Source: an uncultured Candidatus Rokubacteria bacterium
GTDB taxonomy: Bacteria > Methylomirabilota > Methylomirabilia > Rokubacteriales > CSP1-6
Assembly (NCBI GenBank): GCA_963754315.1
Contig: CAVWFS010000010.1
Coordinates: 32,001-96,000 of the forward strand
DNA length: 64,000 nt
Direction of reading: 5' to 3'
Shown piece by piece: positions 59,953-64,000 of the stretch. Position 1 is the stretch's first letter. Every line of letters starts with the position of its first letter. The notes below the pieces were generated by a model that worked only from the letters and a program-made list of their open reading frames with translations, was not told where the DNA came from and ran no database searches. The translations under genes and the position numbers were made by a program.

Positions 59953-60446
59953 ACAACGTTCTGATGGCGCTGCTGCCGGTTTTGCTCTCGATGCTTGCCA
60001 GCCGCGGCGGCGGCTCCGGCCAGGCGGGCGGTGGCGGCCTCGGGGATATCCTGGGCCAGGTGCTCGGCGGCGGCGCGCCGCGCGGAGGGGGCGGAGGTCG
60101 CGGAGACGAGATGCTCGGCCGGCGCGGAGCAGGTGCGGGCAGCATGGGCGGCCTCGGTGCCTTGCTTGAGCAGATGCAGCAGGCCGGACTCGGCGATCAG
60201 GCTCGCTCATGGGTTGGAACAGGCCAGAACATGCCCATCTCGCCCGACGCACTGGATCAGATCTTCAGCCAGGGTGGGATCGATGAGATCGCGCGAAGAG
60301 CCGGCCTTACGCCGCGGCAGACCTCGGAGGGCCTCTCGCAGCTGCTTCCCGAGGTGGTTGATCGCGTCACCCCGGGCGGAGACGTGCCGGACATGGATCA
60401 GCTCGTCTCGAGCGTTGAAGACTTGCGCCGGCGCCTGGGTGCTTGA
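59844..60446 (+). CDS. YidB/DUF937 family protein
   Basis: MGLLDDLLGG..GLGD.ARSWVGTGQNMPISPD..LSQLLPEVVDRVTPGG, with an AGGAGG RBS. Confidence 0.9.
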   Translation: MGLLDDLLGGMLGGSMGQGRAAPVPPRGSPPSGGGMNNVLMALLPVLLSMLASRGGGSGQAGGGGLGDILGQVLGGGAPRGGGGGRGDEMLGRRGAGAGSMGGLGALLEQMQQAGLGDQARSWVGTGQNMPISPDALDQIFSQGGIDEIARRAGLTPRQTSEGLSQLLPEVVDRVTPGGDVPDMDQLVSSVEDLRRRLGA

Positions 60447-60469
60447 CCCCGACCGCGATCCGGTCGGGG
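60447..60469. terminator. Hairpin between convergent genes
   Basis: CCCCGACCG-CGATC-CGGTCGGGG immediately after the stop codon. Confidence 0.55.
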
Positions 60470-60483
60470 CTTAACCCCTTCGG

Positions 60484-60959
60484 TCAGCTACGTTGAGCGA
60501 CCGGTCGAGCCGAGACCAGCTCCATGGCGTGCGTGTGGTCGGTGGCGCCGCCCGAGGGCCGAAAGCCCATCGTTTCGTAGAGCCGGGCTGCGGCGGGATT
60601 GAAGGTCCGCAGTCGGAGGCTGTCGAAGCGCCCCCGGGCGGCGGCAATCACTTCCATGACCAGGCGGCGGCCCACGCCCAACCGTCGGAACGCGGTGAGA
60701 ACGTACAAGCGCCGTACCCGGCCGACCTGCTGCGCCGTTGCGTAGGGATCGACGTTGAGCCCGCATACCCCGACCAGCTGCTCGCCGATCCAGGCGCCGA
60801 ACAGCGCTTCGCCGGGTCGGTCGAATCGATTCGTGCCGACTCGCCCACTCGTCGACGAGGCGGCGGACGAACCGAGTCCCGTCACGCTCGTCGTCCGCTA
60901 GGAGCGTCGCGAGGCCTTCGGGCAAGCGGATCGGCGAGACGATCGATGCGAGGGGTCAT
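60484..60959 (-). CDS. GNAT N-acetyltransferase (two frameshifts, ~60925 and ~60838)
   Basis: FVRRLVDEWAS / GTNRFDRPGEAL..VGVCGLNVDPY..RVRRLYV..FRRLGVG..LYETMGF. Confidence 0.82.
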
Positions 60960-62560
60960 GGCGCGCTGGCCTCGCGCGAGAAGACCACCTCGCCGTCCAC
61001 CATCGTCAACTCGGGGACGATGTCCTTGATGCGCGCCTCCTCGCACGTGAAGACGTCCTCAGAGAGAACGACCAAGTCGGCGCGCTTGCCTGGCTCAAGC
61101 GAGCCAAGCTCGTGCTCGCGCCGAACCGCGTAGGCGTTCCACGTCGTGAACGCGCGTACGGCCTCCGCGCGCGTCATACACTGCCCGGGCTGCCAGTGCG
61201 GGTCGTCTCCCCCAAGCGGGCGGCGGGTCACGGCCGCGTAGATCCCGTGGAACGGATTGGCGTCTTCCACGGGGAAATCCGACCCCGCGGCGATGGGGGA
61301 ACCGGTGGCGAGCAGGGAACGCCACGCATAGGCGCCAGCCAGCCGCTCGGGTCCCAGGCGCGCCTCGGCCCAGCGCATGTCCGACGTGCAATGGGTGGGT
61401 TGCATGCTGGGGATGACGCCGAGGCGGGCGAAGCGCGGAATGTCGGCTTGGGCGAGGATCTGCGCGTGCTCGACGCGCAGCCGGTGTCGCGCCCGCGCGG
61501 CGGGTGACGCTGCCCCCAGGGCGGTCTCGAACGCGTCGAGGACCAAGGTGTTCGCGCGATCACCGATGGCGTGGACGCACATTTGAAAGCCGTGATTCAG
61601 GGCCTCGCACGTCAGGCGTGAAACCTCATCCGGAGGTATCAGGATGAGCCCGCTGTTCGCCGCGTCGTCGCAGTAGGGGGTGTGGAGCGCGGCTCCCCGG
61701 GAGCCGAGCGCGCCATCCAGCCAGAGCTTGAGCGCGCCGATTACCACGCGCCCGTCGCCGATCGTCTCCCGTCCGTGCTCGCGGTAGTGAGCCCACGCCT
61801 TCTTCCCACTCACGGCGACGTCGTTGCGGAGGGCAAACTGTCCGCGCTCGACGAGGCGTCGATAGGCCGCGATCGTATCGAGGTCCACGCCCATCTCATG
61901 GATGCCGGTCAGCCCCTTGGCGAGGACGTGCGCGATCGCCTCGCGGACGGCCTGCTCGAAGCGATCCGGCGATGGGGTGGGTTGCCGAGCGCGTACGAGA
62001 TCCTGGGCCGTGTCGATGAGCAGGCCCGTGGGCTCGCCGTCCTCACGCTCTCACGATGCGGCCCCCGGCGGGATCGGCGAGCGAGCGGCTAATACCGGCA
62101 TAACCAGCGCGGCCGAGTTCGCCCAGGTGGCGTGCCCGTCCACCCGCGTCAGGGCGACTGGATGCGTTGGCGCCACGCGATCGAGCGACGCTTTCGTGGG
62201 AAAGCGTTGACCCTCCCAGAGGGTCTGATCCCAGCCGCGGCCGGTCAACCACTCACCCGGGGCGGCTCGGCGGGACGCCGCCCCCACCAGGGCCGCCGCG
62301 GCTTCCTCCGACCTGACGCCGGCGAGATCGATGGCGAGGCGGGCACGGGCAAGCAGCATGAGGTGTGCGTGAGCGTCGACGAGGCCGGGCAGGACGGCGC
62401 GTCCTCCAAGATCACGGACCTGTTCGCCGGCGGGCACGTTGATGTCCTGCCGCGATCCAGCGAAGACGATGCGACCGTCGCGCACCACCAGCGAATCGAC
62501 CACGGAGCCGGCCGCGTCGAGCGTATAGAATCGCCCTCCGGTCAGGAGCACAACCGTCAC
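60956..62560 (-). CDS. YtcJ-like amidohydrolase 3 (frameshifts ~62095 and ~61896)
   Basis: DLGGRAVLPGLVDAHAH, RVDGHATWANSAAL, KLWLDGALGSRGA, HAIGDRAN, RVEHAQ and GSDFPVE. Confidence 0.87.
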
Positions 62561-62673
62561 CCTAGGACGGGCCGTATGACTGGTCAAGTGCCGAACCACC
62601 CGACCTGACGTAGACTTTGGCGATGCCTGACTATGGGCTCTGCGATGGGCTGCACGTCCCGGCCGAGAATCCC

Positions 62674-63342
62674 ATGGGGGACAAGAGCGGGCGGCAAGGG
62701 ATCGCCGCCGTGGTCTTCGACTTGGGCGGCGTGGTCATGGACTCGCCCCTGCATGCGATCGCACGCTACGAGCGCGACCACCGCCTCACGCCGAACGCCA
62801 TCAACCGGGCCATCGTGGCGGCCGGCGACGGCGGCGCCTGGTCGCGTCTGGAACGCGGGGAGCTCGGCCTCCCGGACTTCTTCCCGGCCTTCGAGGCGGA
62901 CTGCCGCGCCCATGGCGTGGAGCTGAGCGGCGCTTGTGTTATGGCGTACATCGCGCAGGCAGGGGTACCGCGGCCGGGCATGATCGAGGCCATCCGGCGC
63001 ATTCGCGCACACGACTTGCGCGTGGCCGCGCTCACCAACAACTGGGTGACGGACGAGGTGCGGCCAGGGCGGGCGGAGCTCCGCGAGCTCTTTCACGTCT
63101 ACATCGAGTCGAGCGTGGTGGGACTACGCAAGCCCGACCCGCGAATCTACGAACTCACGTGCCGCCAGCTGGGGGTGGCGCCGGCCCAGACGGTCTTCCT
63201 TGATGACATCGGGGGCAACCTCAAGGCCGCCCGTGCCCTCGGCATGACCACCATCAAGGTCGAGGATCCCCGCGTTGCATTGCGCGAGCTGAGCGCTGTG
63301 CTCGGCTTCGACGTGACCGGGTTGACGTTCGGTCGGTGCTGA
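62674..63342 (+). CDS. HAD-family phosphatase (soluble epoxide hydrolase N-terminal-like)
   Basis: AVVFDLGGV, ALTNNW, GLRKPDPRIY and FLDDIGGNL. Confidence 0.9.
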   Translation: MGDKSGRQGIAAVVFDLGGVVMDSPLHAIARYERDHRLTPNAINRAIVAAGDGGAWSRLERGELGLPDFFPAFEADCRAHGVELSGACVMAYIAQAGVPRPGMIEAIRRIRAHDLRVAALTNNWVTDEVRPGRAELRELFHVYIESSVVGLRKPDPRIYELTCRQLGVAPAQTVFLDDIGGNLKAARALGMTTIKVEDPRVALRELSAVLGFDVTGLTFGRC

Positions 63343-64000
63343 ACTTTTCATTCACACAAGAGCAGGAGGAGCTGGCGCGTACTCTCCGGGCCTTTGCCCG
63401 CAAGGAGCTGGCGCCCCGCTCGGCGCACTGGGACAAGAGCGATGAATTTCCGTGGGATGCCTGGCGCCAGATGGGCGAGCTTGGCCTCCTCGGGCTGCGC
63501 GCGCCCGTCGACCTCGGGGGAGGGGGCGCGGATCTCGTTACCACCGGAATTGCCGTGGAGGAGATTGCCCGCGGTGATTTCGGGGCCACATACGGAATTC
63601 AGCTCGCGGCCTTCGCCGGCGAGATCATCGGCGGAAATGGGGTCGAGGAGATCAGGCAGCGCTGGATCCCCCCGACTACACGGGGCGAGACGATCGTGGC
63701 CCTGGCCCTCACCGAGCCGAGCACCGGCTCCGACGCCGCCCACCTCGCGTGCCGGGCGGAGCGCGACGGCGGCGACTACGTACTCACCGGCGAGAAGTCC
63801 GGTATCAGCCTGGGCATGGCCGCCCAGGCGGCGATCGTCTTCGCTCGAACAGGCTCCGGGACCGGGTCGCAGGGAATCAGCGCCTTCCTGGTCCCACTCG
63901 ATTCGCCTGGCGTTGCCCGCAGTCGCCTGCGCGACCTCGGTACTCACGTCATCGGGCGCGCCGTGCTCTCGTTCGATCATGTCCGGATCCCGGCCTCGCA
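63336..64000 (+). CDS. Acyl-CoA dehydrogenase (cyclohexanecarboxyl-CoA dehydrogenase-like), 3' partial; missing from the ORF track
   Basis: My translation from GTG 63336: LNFSFTQEQEE..MGELGLLGL..EEIARGD..ALALTEPSTGSDAA..YVLTGEKSGIS..GISAFLVP. Confidence 0.88.
   Translation, partial: MLNFSFTQEQEELARTLRAFARKELAPRSAHWDKSDEFPWDAWRQMGELGLLGLRAPVDLGGGGADLVTTGIAVEEIARGDFGATYGIQLAAFAGEIIGGNGVEEIRQRWIPPTTRGETIVALALTEPSTGSDAAHLACRAERDGGDYVLTGEKSGISLGMAAQAAIVFARTGSGTGSQGISAFLVPLDSPGVARSRLRDLGTHVIGRAVLSFDHVRIPAS

Noticed and set aside
1..64000. CRISPR array, tRNA/rRNA, prophage, IS or integron
   Set aside because: I saw no regularly spaced repeats, RNA gene signatures, integrase, transposase or phage genes by eye.

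Overview
A high-GC bacterial chromosomal segment, densely coding with about 55 genes. I saw no rRNA, tRNA, CRISPR array, integrase or transposase. The gene repertoire (orphan ABC_sub_bind and TRAP solute-binding proteins, multi-GAF kinases with '[16 protein letters not shown]' linkers, LLM oxidoreductases) resembles Candidatus Rokubacteria, but this is only an inference. The main blocks are: (1) an aminotransferase and a large secreted CxxCH protein; (2) an MFS transporter, a peptide-binding protein, a PAS hybrid kinase and a NitT/TauT ABC transporter; (3) a desaturase, an unusual large class A PBP and mgtE; (4) a DGPF/PhnB operon with an ECF42-like promoter; (5) thiE, RraA-family, CMD, a TPP enzyme, a serine hydrolase and an LLM enzyme; (6) TA modules flanking tandem TRAP solute-binding genes plus a collapsed third copy; (7) a binding protein / Cache-HAMP-4xGAF kinase / response regulator / REC-adenylate cyclase signalling operon; (8) a xanthine-dehydrogenase-family operon with LLM, MoaD-like and HapK/EthD-like genes; (9) the best candidate for an uncharacterised system, a ~15 kb TetR-controlled minus-strand operon encoding two amidohydrolases, an alpha/beta hydrolase, a Liv-type ABC importer whose ATPase is fused to a Tm-1-like (UPF0261) domain, a TIM-barrel partner, a flotillin and SRPBCC/quinone-reductase proteins, interrupted by an antisense TA module; (10) YidB, GNAT, a YtcJ-like amidohydrolase, a HAD phosphatase and a partial acyl-CoA dehydrogenase. 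At least 11 genes carry small frameshifts, most likely sequence-consensus errors. All family calls come from motif recognition by eye, not database searches.
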